Numbered from the stretch's first letter, positions 40,728 through 52,660 are shown. The stretch: 64,000 nucleotides of DNA from Vicinamibacterales bacterium (GCA_965197935.1 CBDAOD010000002.1:1668464-1732463), one strand, 5' to 3'. Made by a program: numbers and translations. Notes: generated from the letters alone by a model not told the origin.

Positions 40728-40830
40728 GGCCGGTCAGGGCAAGGCGCGAGGAGCGAGCATGCCGGGAGGTTGTGACCCATCCTGAACAGTGCCCAACGCA
40801 GCCTGCGGCGGGATGCAGCGCCGGCCGACT
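40728..40830. repeat. Possible REP-like intergenic element between convergent genes
   Basis: GGCCGG...CAAGGCGCGAGGAGCGAGCATG...AACGCAGC...CCGGCC resembles CAAGGCG/AACGCAGC-type intergenic repeats; only one copy in the window. Confidence 0.35.
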
Positions 40831-40915
40831 GTAGCAGGACTTTGCCATTGGCTGCTGCTACGGTGAGGCTATCAGGTCGTTCCACACCACAACTCACCGC
40901 CGCGGTCGTGCGAGG

Positions 40916-43794
40916 TTACTCATCCAGCTGCGCGTACTCCGCCCTCGCCTCGCGCAGTGCGGGTAGGTCCGCGTCGGCGTCTTTCCAGATCGCGAAGACG
41001 GCTTCGTAGGCCGATCGGGCCGCCGCATCCTCGCCGGCCAGGACGCGCGCGCGGGCGAGAGCCAGAGAGGCGAGTGGCTGCAGGCACGAGAACGGGTCGA
41101 CGCCGCGGTGATCCAGGATCGTCTGGAACTCGGCGGCCGCGGCCGGGCCGTCCGCCCGCGCGCGATGGGCCTCGCCGCGGAAGTAGAGCGGCCCGAGGGC
41201 GGCGACGGTTCCGAGCTGATAGGGGGTGGCCATGCGTAGCGTCTCCAGCGCGAGCGCGGGATCGCCACGGGCCAGGGCGATGGCCGCCCTTGCGATGGGC
41301 ACGTACACGCCCTGGATCAACGTGGACGTCGGGTATGGTGATGCCTCCGCGACGAGTCGCTCCGCCGCCTCGGGCTGTCCCGTCATGGCGAGCACGACAG
41401 TCAGCCTGAGACCGACGACGCTCGAGGCCCCGTCGGTCAGGATCGTCTCGGAGAGCGCCCGCGCCGCCTCTGGGTTCCCGTATAGCACCTCGGTCAGGGC
41501 GTGTTGCGCCCCGTAGCCGGCGGCCACCTCCGAGAAGTTGCGGAGTCGCGCCATGTCCATCGCCTGGGCGTAGAGGTCGCGGGCGTCGCGCAACCGACCG
41601 CTGTGGGCGAGTGCCTGTGCGCGGGCGCCAACCAGATCGAATTCGCGGGGGGTGCCCGTGGCCCACTCGCGGTGACGCTGGCTGGCGGCGGTGTCTCCTC
41701 GAAGGAGCGCAATCTGGTAGAGCAGACGTCGCGTCGGTCCGGACGCGATCGACCGGGCGACGGCCTGGTCCGCCGTGCGGACGGCGTCGTCGTATCGATT
41801 GAGGCCGCGGTAGGCGTAGGCGAGGTTGGAGTAGGGAAACGGGTGGGAGGGGTTGCGACGGTTGGCTTCCCGTGCCGCCTCGACGGCCTGCTCGTAGCGA
41901 CCGAGCTGGTTCTGCACCACGGCGAGATTGTTGGCCGGGCTGAAGTCGCGCGGATACAGCTGGCGGAGCACGTTGAGGGTCTGAAGGACCCGATCCTTCT
42001 CGCCGGTCACGCGATCGTGGTACTGGTAGGTGATGCCGAGCCGCTCGCGCTCGCTCACCTTCCCGCGGTGCTCGAAGGCCCGCGTGGCGTGTTCCTCGCT
42101 CCGCCGCGTCTCGCCCAGATTCCCGTAGACGGTCGAGAGCATCATGTGCGCGAGCGCGAAGCTCGGGTCGAGCTCGGTGGCCCTGAGGAGGAACGGGATC
42201 GAGTCGATCTCGTCGCCGCGGGCACGCTCCGCGACGGCCAGCGTGTACGCGCGCAGCGCCCCCAGTGACGGTGTCGTCGCCTGCTCGACCGGCACGTCGA
42301 ACGCTGGAGCGACGCCATCGACTCGCCGAGCTTGGCCCGCGTCCCCGAGGCCACGCGTCCAACCGCCCGCAGCACCTCTTCCTTCCGATCGGCCTCCGCC
42401 TGGTCGCGCGCGAGCGTCTCACCCGTCGCACACTCCGTCGCGTCGAGGGTGACGACGTAGATGCCGCCAAGCTGGGCGATCGACGCCTCCAGCATCGCCC
42501 GCAGTCCCTGCCGTTCGCAGATCTCGAGGGCGACGTCGTGCGTCAGCGAGGCGTCCGGCGAACGCCCCATCAGTCTCAGCGTCTCGCGAATCCGCTGGTC
42601 GGGCACGAGGTCGAGAAAGGGAGACTGGCTGAGCTGTACCGCGAGTGCCTGTCGCAGCGTACCGTCGAACGCGGCGTCCGTCGTGCCGTTCTCGAAATCC
42701 GCCAACAGGACCGAGTCACGCTCGGTGAGAGCGGGCGGCGAGCCAGGGCGAAGCAGCGCGAACGCGAGCGCGAGGAGGACCGCGGCGCCCGCCCCCACCG
42801 CAACGACGAGCCTGCGGGCCGAGCGCCGATTGGTCGACCTCGCCTGGATCGTCGTCGCCGCGGCACCCTCGGGAGGGGTGCCACCGTGGGCCGAGAGCGA
42901 GAGCTCGACGTCATCACCGGCCTCCCGGTTCCGTCGAAGACGCCGCAGGTCGGCCAGGAGATCGGCTGCGCGTTGATAGCGGAGGTCCCGGTCCCTCTCC
43001 GTCGCCTTGTCGAGGATGGGCTCGAGGTCCTCGGGGACGGCCCGGGTGGGCCCGCGAGCCGGCACCGACGTCCGATGCAGGACGACGTCCAGAACGCCAA
43101 CGATCTCCCTGCCCGGGGCGGCCCGAGGCTCCCTCACCAGCTCGTGGAGGACCGCGCCGAACGAGAACAGGTCCGTCCGGGCCTCCAGCGTGTCGCCCCG
43201 CACCTGCTCGGGCGACATGTAGGCCATCGCGTCGGGCGGTACGGTCGGCTGGGCGAGCCCGTCGTGCGAACGTGCCGTGGTCGTGGTGGACGGCGAGGCG
43301 GCCTCGGCGGCTGACGCCGTCTCCTCCAGGATCTGTGCCAGACCGAAACCCAGGAGCTTGACCTGCCCCGCGTGCGTCACGAAGACGCTGGCCGGCGTGA
43401 TGTTCCGGTGGATGATGCCCCGGCGATGCCCGGCCGCGAGCGCCGCCACGATCTCCTGCGCGAGCTCGAGAACGCGATCGACCGACAGGGGCTTCCGACG
43501 CGCCAGCTCGCGGAGTGTCGTGCCCTCGAGCCGCTCCATGGCGAGGAAGGGACGTCCATCGACCTCGCCGATCTCGTGAATCGCGCAGACGTTGGGATGA
43601 TGGAGCGAGGCGACGATCGCGGCGCCACGATGGGAGCACGCGAGGGCCTCGCTGGCGCCGGCGAGGTCCATCGTGAAGACCTTTAGCGCGACCTGGTGCC
43701 CGCCTCGGAGATCCTCCGCGGCGTACACCACCCCAGTGCCGCCCCGTGCCAGCTCGGCGAGCACCCGGTAGTGCGAGATTGTTCGACCGAGCAT
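40916..43794 (-). CDS. Receptor-like pseudokinase: Hanks kinase fold, TM, TolB-N-like domain, TPR (frameshift at ~42301)
   Basis: VALK retained, but HRN-ITPAS replaces HRD-xKPxN, GFG replaces DFG and the alphaC Glu is missing. TM LVVAVGAGAAVLLALAFALL; DSVLLADFEN...QLSQSPFL; TPRs. Confidence 0.85.
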
Positions 43795-43880
43795 GTGGCG
43801 CGTCTATTGGTGAAGCGGGCGGGAGCCCCCGACCGTATGCTCGTGATCGCTCCCACCATAGGTGCGTGGGGCCCCGGCGG

Positions 43881-46800
43881 TCAACGATCGGTTGCGCCGG
43901 TCGGCTCCCGATCGCGCTCCTGCTGGACGCCCAGGTACTCGCGGCGGGCCGCCTCGAGGATGTGGACGTCCGGGTCGGCCTCTCGCCACAGGCCGAAGAA
44001 CGCCTCGTAGGCCTGGCGGCTGGCGACCAGATCGCCCAGGACGGCGAGCGCTCGAGCTCGCTCGAGGTGTGCGAGCGGGTAGTAGCAGGAGAACGGGTCG
44101 ACACCGCGGTGATCGATCAGCTTCTGGAATTCCGCCACGGCCTCGGCGCCCCGTCCTTGCCGCGCGTACGCGACGCCGCGCAGATACGCGGGCACGAGCG
44201 AGGCCACGTTCCCCAGCTCGTAGGACGAGGCGGCCCGCAGGACCTCGATGGCCCGGTCGGGTTCCCCGCGGTCGAGGGCGATGGCCGCCGTGATCACCGG
44301 TCGATAGACCCCGCGGATCTCGGTCGCGCGCGGGCGGCGGGCGGCCTCCTCCTCCAGGATCGCCAAGGCGCGCTCCCACTGCCCGGCCAGGGCGAGCACC
44401 AGCCCGGCACGCAATCGCACGATCGGGCCGACGTCCTCCTGAAGGATGGCGTCCGCCAGGGTCGTGGCCGTCTCCACGTTGCCGTAGGTCACCTCGATGA
44501 TGGCGAGTCTGGCTTTGTACCCCGAGACGACCTCCGAGAACCGTCCCATGCGCGCCATCTCCATCGTCTGGTCGTAGAACCCGCGCGCGTCGTCGAGACG
44601 CCCCTCGAACGCCGCCACCTCGGCACGCGCTCCAGTCAGGTCGAATTCGCGGGCCTTGCCTCGGGCCCAGTCGAGGTGCTGCGCGGCCGCCTCGTCGTCG
44701 TCCTCGAGCCGCGCCAGCTGGTAGAGCAGTCGGCGGGTCGGCACCGTTTCGATCTCCAGCGCGACCGCCTGCTCGGCCACACGCCTGGCTTCGTCGAAGC
44801 GGCTGAGACCCCGCTCCGCGTACGCGAGATTCGAGTAGGGAAACGGGTGCGACGGATCACGACGGATGGCCTCCCGGGCCTCGTCGACCGCCTGTTGGTA
44901 GCGTCCCAGGCGGTTCAGGACGACCGCGAGGTCGCTCGGCGGCACGCGATCGCGAGGATACGACTGCTTGAGCACGGTCAGGGCCTGTAAGACCTCCTCG
45001 GCGTCTCCGGTGACGCGGTCGTGATACTGATAGGTGATGAAGAGTCGTTCGCGCTCCGTCACGTGCTCGCGATGTTCGTACGCCAAGCGGGCGTACCCCT
45101 CGCTCCTGAGCGACTCACCCAGGTTGCCGTACACCGTCGACAGCGTCATGCCAGCCAACGCGAACTGCGGGTCAAGCTCGAGGGCGCGAAGCAGAAACGG
45201 AATCGACCCGATCTCGTTGCTCGCCGATCGTTCGGCGACACCGAGCGTGTACGCGCGGAGTGCCTCGAGCGACGGGGTCGTCGCTTGTTCGATCGGGACA
45301 TCGAACCGCTCGAGCGACGCCAGCGACTCTCCGAGCGTCAGGCGCATGCTCGAGGCGAGGCGTCCCGCCGCGCTCAGGACCTCCTCCTGGCTGTCCGCCT
45401 CGGCCTGCTCACGGGCCAATGCCGCACCGGTCCGACACTCGATGGCGTCGAGCGTCACGACGTAGCGCGACCCTAGTCGTCCGACCGAAGCCTCGAGCAT
45501 GGCCTTGAGGCCCCGTCGCTCGCAGATCTCCCGGGCGGTGTCGTGGGTCAGCGGTTCGTCCGGCGAGCGTTCCATGAGCCGCAGCGTCTCTCGAATTCGG
45601 TTGTCGGCGACGATGTCGAGGAAGGGTGACTGGCTGAGCTGGACCGCCAGCGCCTGGCGCAGCGTGTCGTCGAGCACCTCCTCTCCCGTGTCGTTCGCAA
45701 AGCCGGCGAGCAGGACCGAGTCGCGATTCGTCAGCGTGGCCGCCGGCCGACCGCGAACGAGCCAGACACCGGCGACGATGGCCCCCAGAACGGCGATCCC
45801 GGCCACGGCCGTCAGGGCGCGACTGCCAGACAGGGCGTCGATCCAGCCCGCCCCGGCCCCTGCGCCGACCGCGGGGCCGACACCGGCCGAGCCTCCGGAC
45901 GCGCTCGCCTCAGCCGACCGATCGACCGTGCGTCGGAGCCGCCGCAGATCGGCGACGAGGTCGGCCGCGTCCTGACATCTGAGGTCGCGATCCTTCTCTA
46001 GCGTCTTGTCGAGGAGTCGGTCCAGATCCGCCGGCAGACTTTGATCCCGCATGCGTGGCGAGGGCGGCGTCCGATGGAGGATCGCGGCGAAGACCACCGC
46101 CGCGTTGCGCCCCGGAAAGGCGCGCTCGCCCGTGGCCATCTCGTACAGGACGGCGCCGAAGGAGAACAGATCCGTTCGGAGATCGACGTCCTGGCCTTTG
46201 ACTTGATCGGGCGACATGTAGGCGGTCGTGCCGACCTGCATGCCCGGCTGGGTCAGCTCCTCGGGCGCGGGGTGACCCGGTGACTGCGGCTCGATGGTGC
46301 GGATGTCGTCGGCCGCATCCTGGACGAGCTTTGCGAGTCCGAAGTCAAGGATCTTCACCTGGCCTGCGTCCGTGACGAAGATGTTGGCCGGCTTGATGTC
46401 CCGGTGGATGATGCCGCGACGATGCGCGGCCTCGAGACCTTCGGCGACCTGGAGCGCGATCGTCAGCAGCCGATCGAGAGGAACGGGTTGTCGCTGGATC
46501 ACGTCCCGCAGCGTCATGCCTTCGAGGAGCTCCATGACGATGAAGGGACGCCCGTCATGTTGGCCGATGTCGTAGATCGTGCAGATGTGGGGGTGGTTGA
46601 GAGACGAGGCGATCTTGGCCTCGCGACGGAACCGCTCGATCGCCTCACGCTGACGGGAGAGGTCGGGCGGCAGGAACTTCAGCGCCACCTGGCGGCCGAG
46701 CCGGGAATCCTCGGCCCGATACACGACGCCCATGCCACCGACACCCAGCTCGGAGAGCACCCGGTAGTGTGAGATGGCTCGACCGACCAGGCCCTCCGCC

Positions 46801-47739
46801 CGCGGGGCCGGCGTCACCGGGACGGTGGTCGGCGCCACGCCAGACTCGGCCAGGGGTGCCACGCCGGCGCCGGCGACCCGCGAGCGATTCGGGTCTCCGC
46901 CGAGTCGTACGAGATCGGCTCGCAGCTCGGCGGCGCTCTGGTAGCGTACCGGCGGCTCCTTCTGCAGCGCCTTGCGGATGATCTCGTCCAGGGCAGACGG
47001 GACGGTGGGGTTCAGGTGGACCGGCGCGGGTGGGATCCGGAGCAGAATCGCATCGAAGATCGACGCCAAGCCTTCACCCTCGAAGGGGAGGGCGCCGGTC
47101 GCCATCTCGTAGAGGACCACGCCGACGGAGAACAGATCCGAGCGTGCGTCGATGGCCTTTCCGAGCACTTGCTCCGGTGACATGTGGGCCGCTGCGGCGA
47201 TCGAGAGATCCTGGCCAGAGAGGTGCGGCGTCTCGATTCGGGTCGGCGCCTCGGAGGTCACTGGCAGCCGGCCCACGTTCGCCAGGCCGAGGCCGAGCAG
47301 CTTCACCTGGTCGTCCCGCGTGACGAAGATGTTCGCGGGCCTGATGTCGCGGTGGAGGATCCCCTGGGCGTGCGCAGCTACGAGCGCGTCGGTGATCTGG
47401 ATCGCAAGATTCATCGCCGTTTCGGCGGGCACCGGCGCGCCGGCGATTCGATGTTCGAGCGTGTGTCCCTCCAGCAGCTCCATGGCGATGAAGGGCCGCT
47501 CGTGGGCGACATCGACGTCGTAGACGCGGCAGATGTTCGGGTGGTCCAGCGCCGCCGCCGCGTGGATCTCGAGGACCACCCGCTCGAACGTCGGCGGATC
47601 GGCCGCGACGGCTTCGGGCAGAAGTTTCAGGGCGACGTGACGGTCGAGCGTGGTGTTCCGAGCGCGATAGACGACGCCGGTCGGGCCGGCCGTCCCCGAG
47701 CTTGTCGAGGAGGCGATAGTTGGAGATCGTCTCGATCAC
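43881..47739 (-). CDS. Tandem pseudokinase-kinase receptor with TM, TolB-N-like domain and TPR (frameshift at ~47695)
   Basis: Domain 1: [15 protein letters not shown] instead of DFG. Domain 2: [37 protein letters not shown]. Then TM and TPRs. Confidence 0.88.
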
Positions 47740-47760
47740 CCTCTAACTGTATGGTACGCT
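47740..47760. promoter_or_regulatory. Overlapping divergent -10 elements
   Basis: Minus-strand TACAGT lies 6 nt before the kinase GTG (leaderless-like); plus-strand TATGGT at 47750-47755; only 38 bp between the two starts. Confidence 0.45.
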
Positions 47761-47777
47761 CACCGATCGTGCGAGCG

Positions 47778-50700
47778 ATGGTCCCGAGGATCGTGTACCT
47801 GACGCTGTTCGCCGTGCTGTCGAGTACGGCGTCGGGGGTAGGCCAGACGCTGACGGTCGACGGCGCGAGTGCCCGGACCGTCCGCTTGGGGCAGGATTTC
47901 GCCACGACGGCCTACGGTGACCCGTGGGACTTCTCGCAGCCGAGCGACTACCTGTTCATGCTGTCGGACGGGTGGGGCGGAGCGGTTCCGACGGTCGCCA
48001 ACGGCAAGTTGAGCGGGCAGGTGTCGGCCGCCGATGTGGCGTTTCCAGCACTGATGCTTCAGTTCGAGGGCTCCATTGGGCATCTGAATCTGGTCGGACG
48101 CACCGGCGTAGCCTCCCCCATCGACGCCAATACGTATCGGCGGCTCTCGTTCCGCATGCGCCGGGCCCCAGAGACCAGCAGCCCGCTGGATACCTTCGAT
48201 GCCACGTGGTTTTTCGACATTCCGCGCACCACCAGCACGATCGGCGCACGACTGGCGCTAACGCGGGGCTTCGACGATCTGAACAAACGCTATCCCAACC
48301 AATCGCCGATTGCGCTGCAGTCAGCCGCCCAGTACCACATCTACAAGATCGATCTCGATGGCGCCGGCTGGGGTTTCGCACCCAACTGGGCGGGCAACGT
48401 GCTGGGCCTGCAGCTCGGGCTGGGCGAAGGCAGCCTGAACCCGGGGGGCCTGGGTGGCTCGACGATCGACGTGGACTGGGTCCGACTGACGAGCCGCGGT
48501 ACCCACACGGCACAGTTGGCCTGGAGCGGATTCGGTGGGCGCATCACGCTCACCGCCACCAACGGCGTCGACACCATCCAGATCTTTCCGGACGACGGCA
48601 CTCCCACGGCCGACTTTGCGGCCGCGGCGTCACTGACCTGGGACTACGGCTTCCTGCCGCCGGGAACGTGGACCGTCAGCGCGAGCGACGGCCTCTCCTC
48701 TCGCTCGATTTCGCTCGTCATCGATCCGGCTCCAATCATTTACCTGACCGAGCCCGATGCCTCCGGGGGCCGCGATTGGGCCACGACGGAGTTCGGCGAT
48801 GCCTGGGACTTGACGAACCCGGAGGACATCGAGCGCCACGGGTTGTTGAACAACGTCGGCAACGCGACGTTCGCTGGAGACGGCCTGACCGCCATCAACG
48901 CGGCCACCGGCCCGCTGGGTTCGCCGACCGCGAGCGACCCGGCCGTCTACCTCCTTGGTGATCCGTTCGAGCCGCCAGGCCCGACCGTCGACGCCGCGAC
49001 CTACCGTCACCTGACGTTCACGATCGATCACGACCGCGAAGGCCTTTCACTGAGCGAAGCACTCGGCCCGTTCGGGGGTCTGCTCACGCTTGTGTGGGGG
49101 CAACGGGGCACCGGTCAGCTCAGCCAAACCCAGGGCTTCTTTCCGACCGACGGCCTCCCCACCACCTACTCGGTGGATCTGGCCGCCTTCACGCGTTTTG
49201 GCTCCAACAGCAGTTGCGTCGACTGTTATCTCCAGACGGAGGGCGGGACGGATCTGTGGCAGGGACGGATCGAGACGTTGCGTATCGACCCGTTCATCCC
49301 CACCGTCACCCGCTCGTTCCGCCTCGCCAACATCAAGCTGGCTGCCGATGATGAGTCGAACGGCAACGGCCTGTTCGCGATCAGATGGAATGCGACCGAC
49401 GCGAGCTTCACTGCTGCGGCGCGCCCCGAGGAAAGCACGGCGGCGTCCAATGCGACCGTGACGCTCTCCTACGATACGGACACCGCCCCGGCGTCCGGGC
49501 TGGTGCAGATCGCATCGGGCATTCTGGCAAGCGATGGCCAGTTCCTCTGGAAAGTCGCGGGCGTGCCGGCGGGCCGCTACTTCATTCACGCGCAGATCAC
49601 CGACACGACCGGCAACACTCAGGCTCGCTACTCGACCGGGCCCGTGCGGATCGCCTCGGTCGTGTCTGCCTTTGTGGACGGGGCCGGGGACGGCATGGCG
49701 GACGACTGGGAGGCGGCGTTCGGCGTGAGCGACCCGAAGGGCGACGACGACATGGACGGTGTGACCAACCTGGTCGAGTTCGAGTCGGCCACCGATCCGA
49801 CGGTGCCGAATACGTGGATCCTGCCCGAGGGAGCGACCGGATTCTTCCGAGAGCGGATCGCGGTGGCGAACCCGGGTACCGAGCCCGCCGACCTCGTCGT
49901 CACGTATCTCCGCGAGGGTGCCGCGCCGATCGTGCGTGACTACTCGGTCGCGGGCATGGCGCGGCTCACGATCGACGTGAACACCGTGGCCGGTCTGGCG
50001 AACGGCGCGGTGTCCGCGGTCGTCACCGTGACCCGCGGCGCCGTCGTCGTCGAGCGGACCATGTCCTGGGACGACCGGACCGGCGCGCTCTACGGAGGTC
50101 ACACCGGAAAGGGTCTCAGCAGGCCAGGCACCGAGTGGTTCCTGGCGGAAGGGGACGCCGCCTTTTTCGAGACGTCCATCCTGCTCGCGAACGCGAACGG
50201 GGTACCGGCTGCCGTGAACCTCGAGTATCTGCTGACGAATGGCACGGTGGTGTCGCACGCCCTCACCGTGGACGCGAACTCGCGATTCACGATCTTCACC
50301 AACGCCGTCAGCGGGCTGGCGGGCCAGGCCTTCTCGACGAGGGTCACTAGCAACGTGCCGATCACGGTCGAGCGTGCCATGTACTTCGGCTCGGGTGTCC
50401 GGCTCTTCAACGGTGGACACGAAGCCGCCGCCGTGCCCGCCGCGTCGACCAGCTGGTTCGTCGCCGAGGGCACCACCGCGGGCTTCTTCGACATGTTTCT
50501 CCTGTTGGCCAATCCGGGCGCGACACCCGTGACCGCCACACTCGATTATCTGAAGCCCGACGGCAGCGTGATCGTCCAGACCGTACCCCTGGCCGCCACG
50601 AGTCGCACGACGATCGCGGTCGATGCGATCGCCGGGCTCGAGGACACGGACGTCTCGGCCGCGATCACGGCGACCGGGCCGATCGTCGTGGAGCGGTCGA

Positions 50701-51092
50701 TGTTCTGGCCCACGCCCTTTACGAGCTGGTATGAATCCCACAACAGCGCGGGTGTGACCGATACCGGCACGCGGCTGGTGCTGGCCGAGGGTGAGCTGGG
50801 CGGACCGCTCGACTTCCAGACGTTCATACTCTTCGCGAACCCGACCGTGACCGACGCGACGGTTACCATGACGTTCCTCCGCACGACGGGCGCTCCGATC
50901 GCCCACACGTTCACGGTGCCGGCGCAGTCTCGAGTGACCAGGTCCACCGGCGAGTTCGCGCTGCAGAACGAACGCTTCGGCGTCCTCGTCACCTCCTCGG
51001 TGCCGATCGCGCTCGAGCGCGCGATGTACTGGAACGCTCTGGGGGAGATCTTCTCGGCCGGCACGAACGAGACCGCCGTCAAGCTGAGGTAG
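47778..51092 (+). CDS. Large secreted multidomain protein (two beta-sandwich repeats, Ca-binding segment, four WxxAEG repeats)
   Basis: Signal peptide; GQDFATTAYGDPWDF and GRDWATTEFGDAWDL; DGMADDWE...DDDMDGVTNLVEF; WILPEG, WFLAEG, WFVAEG and LVLAEG units each ending in a xxERxM motif. Confidence 0.82.
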   Translation: MVPRIVYLTLFAVLSSTASGVGQTLTVDGASARTVRLGQDFATTAYGDPWDFSQPSDYLFMLSDGWGGAVPTVANGKLSGQVSAADVAFPALMLQFEGSIGHLNLVGRTGVASPIDANTYRRLSFRMRRAPETSSPLDTFDATWFFDIPRTTSTIGARLALTRGFDDLNKRYPNQSPIALQSAAQYHIYKIDLDGAGWGFAPNWAGNVLGLQLGLGEGSLNPGGLGGSTIDVDWVRLTSRGTHTAQLAWSGFGGRITLTATNGVDTIQIFPDDGTPTADFAAAASLTWDYGFLPPGTWTVSASDGLSSRSISLVIDPAPIIYLTEPDASGGRDWATTEFGDAWDLTNPEDIERHGLLNNVGNATFAGDGLTAINAATGPLGSPTASDPAVYLLGDPFEPPGPTVDAATYRHLTFTIDHDREGLSLSEALGPFGGLLTLVWGQRGTGQLSQTQGFFPTDGLPTTYSVDLAAFTRFGSNSSCVDCYLQTEGGTDLWQGRIETLRIDPFIPTVTRSFRLANIKLAADDESNGNGLFAIRWNATDASFTAAARPEESTAASNATVTLSYDTDTAPASGLVQIASGILASDGQFLWKVAGVPAGRYFIHAQITDTTGNTQARYSTGPVRIASVVSAFVDGAGDGMADDWEAAFGVSDPKGDDDMDGVTNLVEFESATDPTVPNTWILPEGATGFFRERIAVANPGTEPADLVVTYLREGAAPIVRDYSVAGMARLTIDVNTVAGLANGAVSAVVTVTRGAVVVERTMSWDDRTGALYGGHTGKGLSRPGTEWFLAEGDAAFFETSILLANANGVPAAVNLEYLLTNGTVVSHALTVDANSRFTIFTNAVSGLAGQAFSTRVTSNVPITVERAMYFGSGVRLFNGGHEAAAVPAASTSWFVAEGTTAGFFDMFLLLANPGATPVTATLDYLKPDGSVIVQTVPLAATSRTTIAVDAIAGLEDTDVSAAITATGPIVVERSMFWPTPFTSWYESHNSAGVTDTGTRLVLAEGELGGPLDFQTFILFANPTVTDATVTMTFLRTTGAPIAHTFTVPAQSRVTRSTGEFALQNERFGVLVTSSVPIALERAMYWNALGEIFSAGTNETAVKLR

Positions 51093-51108
51093 CTGGGGGC
51101 AGGGGCCG

Positions 51109-52602
51109 GTGGCACGCACGGCGATCAAGGGTGGCTGGGTCGTGGCCTGGCTCGATGGCCGGCACCGAGTCCTGGAGGGAGGCGCGGTCGTCTTCGAGGG
51201 CACCACGGTGGTGTTCGTGGGCTTCCCCGGCGATCCCGCGTGCCCGAGCGCCGATGTGACCATCGACGCCGACGGCAAGCTCGTGTCGCCTGGTCTGGTC
51301 AATCTGCACTGCATCGCCAACCTGGATCTGCAGCTCCTGAAGATGGACGGCACGGCCGGCGAGGCCTTCTCGAAGCCCAAGGCCTACGTCACCGATTCAC
51401 ACGCGGCCTCGTTGTGGACCGACCAGGACTTTCGGAACAGTGCCCAGTTCTCGGTCGCGACCTTGCTCAAGAATGGGACGACGACGTTCGCCTCCGTGAC
51501 CTCGAGTGTCACCAAGCGGTGGGAGGAGGCACCCCCGGCGGCCTACGCGCTGGCCGAGGCGTCCGAGCAGCTGGGCGCGCGCGCCTGGCTGGCTCATTTC
51601 TACCAGGAGGCCTGCTCCTGGACCGACGCCAGCGGCTCGATCGGTATGCTGTGGGACACCCGGAAGGCCCAGGCGGGGCTTGGCCGCGCCATCGAGCTCA
51701 TCAAGTTTCTCGAGACCAAGGGCAACAGCCGGCTGACGGGATTCCTGTTCCCGGCACGTACGGATCGCTGCTCGGACGATCAACTGCGGGAGACGATGCA
51801 CCAGGCCCACGCATTGGGCGGCGTGCACGTGCGGTCCCACTTCTCTGAATACCTCAACGAATACCGCGAGTTCAAATCCCGTCACCCGCACCGAACGATG
51901 GTCGAGTGGTTGCGGGATGTCGGCTTTCTGGGACCCAACGTGTGTCTCACGCACGCTATCTACATCGCCGGCCACAGCTCCACGGGTGAGGCAGCCGGGG
52001 ACGATCTGCAGATTCTGGCGGAGAGCGGGACGTCGCTGTGTCACTGCCCTCTGGTGATCGCTCGGGCGGGGGTGGCCCTCGAGTCCTTCAGCCGGTATGT
52101 CGCCGCCGGGGTGAACCTGGGCATCGGCACCGATACGTTTCCTCCCACGATCGCCGAGGAGATGAGGCTGGCGGCCCTGGTCAACAAGGTGGTGGATCGG
52201 AGCCGGGGGGCCGGGACGATCGAAGAGGTGTACAACGCCGCCACGATCGGTGGCGCCAGGGCTCTGGGTCGGGAGGACCTGGGACGGCTGGCTCCTGGAT
52301 CCGCAGCGGACATCAGTGTGTTCGATCTGACGGGGCTGGAGATGGGACCGATCGACGATCCCATGCGGACCTTCGTTCACGCGGCTTCGGGCCGGGAGTG
52401 CGACACCGTGATCGTGGATGGACGGGTGGTCGTCGCCGATGGTCGGGTCGTGGGCGTCGACGAGGATGAACTCGCCCGCCGGGCTCAAGGATCCTGGCTC
52501 AAGCTCAAGCTCGGTGTGGCGTCGTGGGACTGGCAGGGGAGGGCCATCGACGAACTGATGCCACCCGCCCTGCCCACGATCCGACGTCCTGGCGGCTCGT
52601 GA
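51109..52602 (+). CDS. Amidohydrolase (chlorohydrolase/deaminase-like)
   Basis: PGLVNLH, RSHFSE, THAIY, HCP, GIGTDT, ATIGGARALG...GRLAPGSAADI. Confidence 0.88.
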   Translation: MARTAIKGGWVVAWLDGRHRVLEGGAVVFEGTTVVFVGFPGDPACPSADVTIDADGKLVSPGLVNLHCIANLDLQLLKMDGTAGEAFSKPKAYVTDSHAASLWTDQDFRNSAQFSVATLLKNGTTTFASVTSSVTKRWEEAPPAAYALAEASEQLGARAWLAHFYQEACSWTDASGSIGMLWDTRKAQAGLGRAIELIKFLETKGNSRLTGFLFPARTDRCSDDQLRETMHQAHALGGVHVRSHFSEYLNEYREFKSRHPHRTMVEWLRDVGFLGPNVCLTHAIYIAGHSSTGEAAGDDLQILAESGTSLCHCPLVIARAGVALESFSRYVAAGVNLGIGTDTFPPTIAEEMRLAALVNKVVDRSRGAGTIEEVYNAATIGGARALGREDLGRLAPGSAADISVFDLTGLEMGPIDDPMRTFVHAASGRECDTVIVDGRVVVADGRVVGVDEDELARRAQGSWLKLKLGVASWDWQGRAIDELMPPALPTIRRPGGS

Positions 52603-52660
52603 TGAACGTGCGGCCTCTCGGCAAGGCCAATCTTCCCCGCACGACGGGAAGCCTCTCAGC

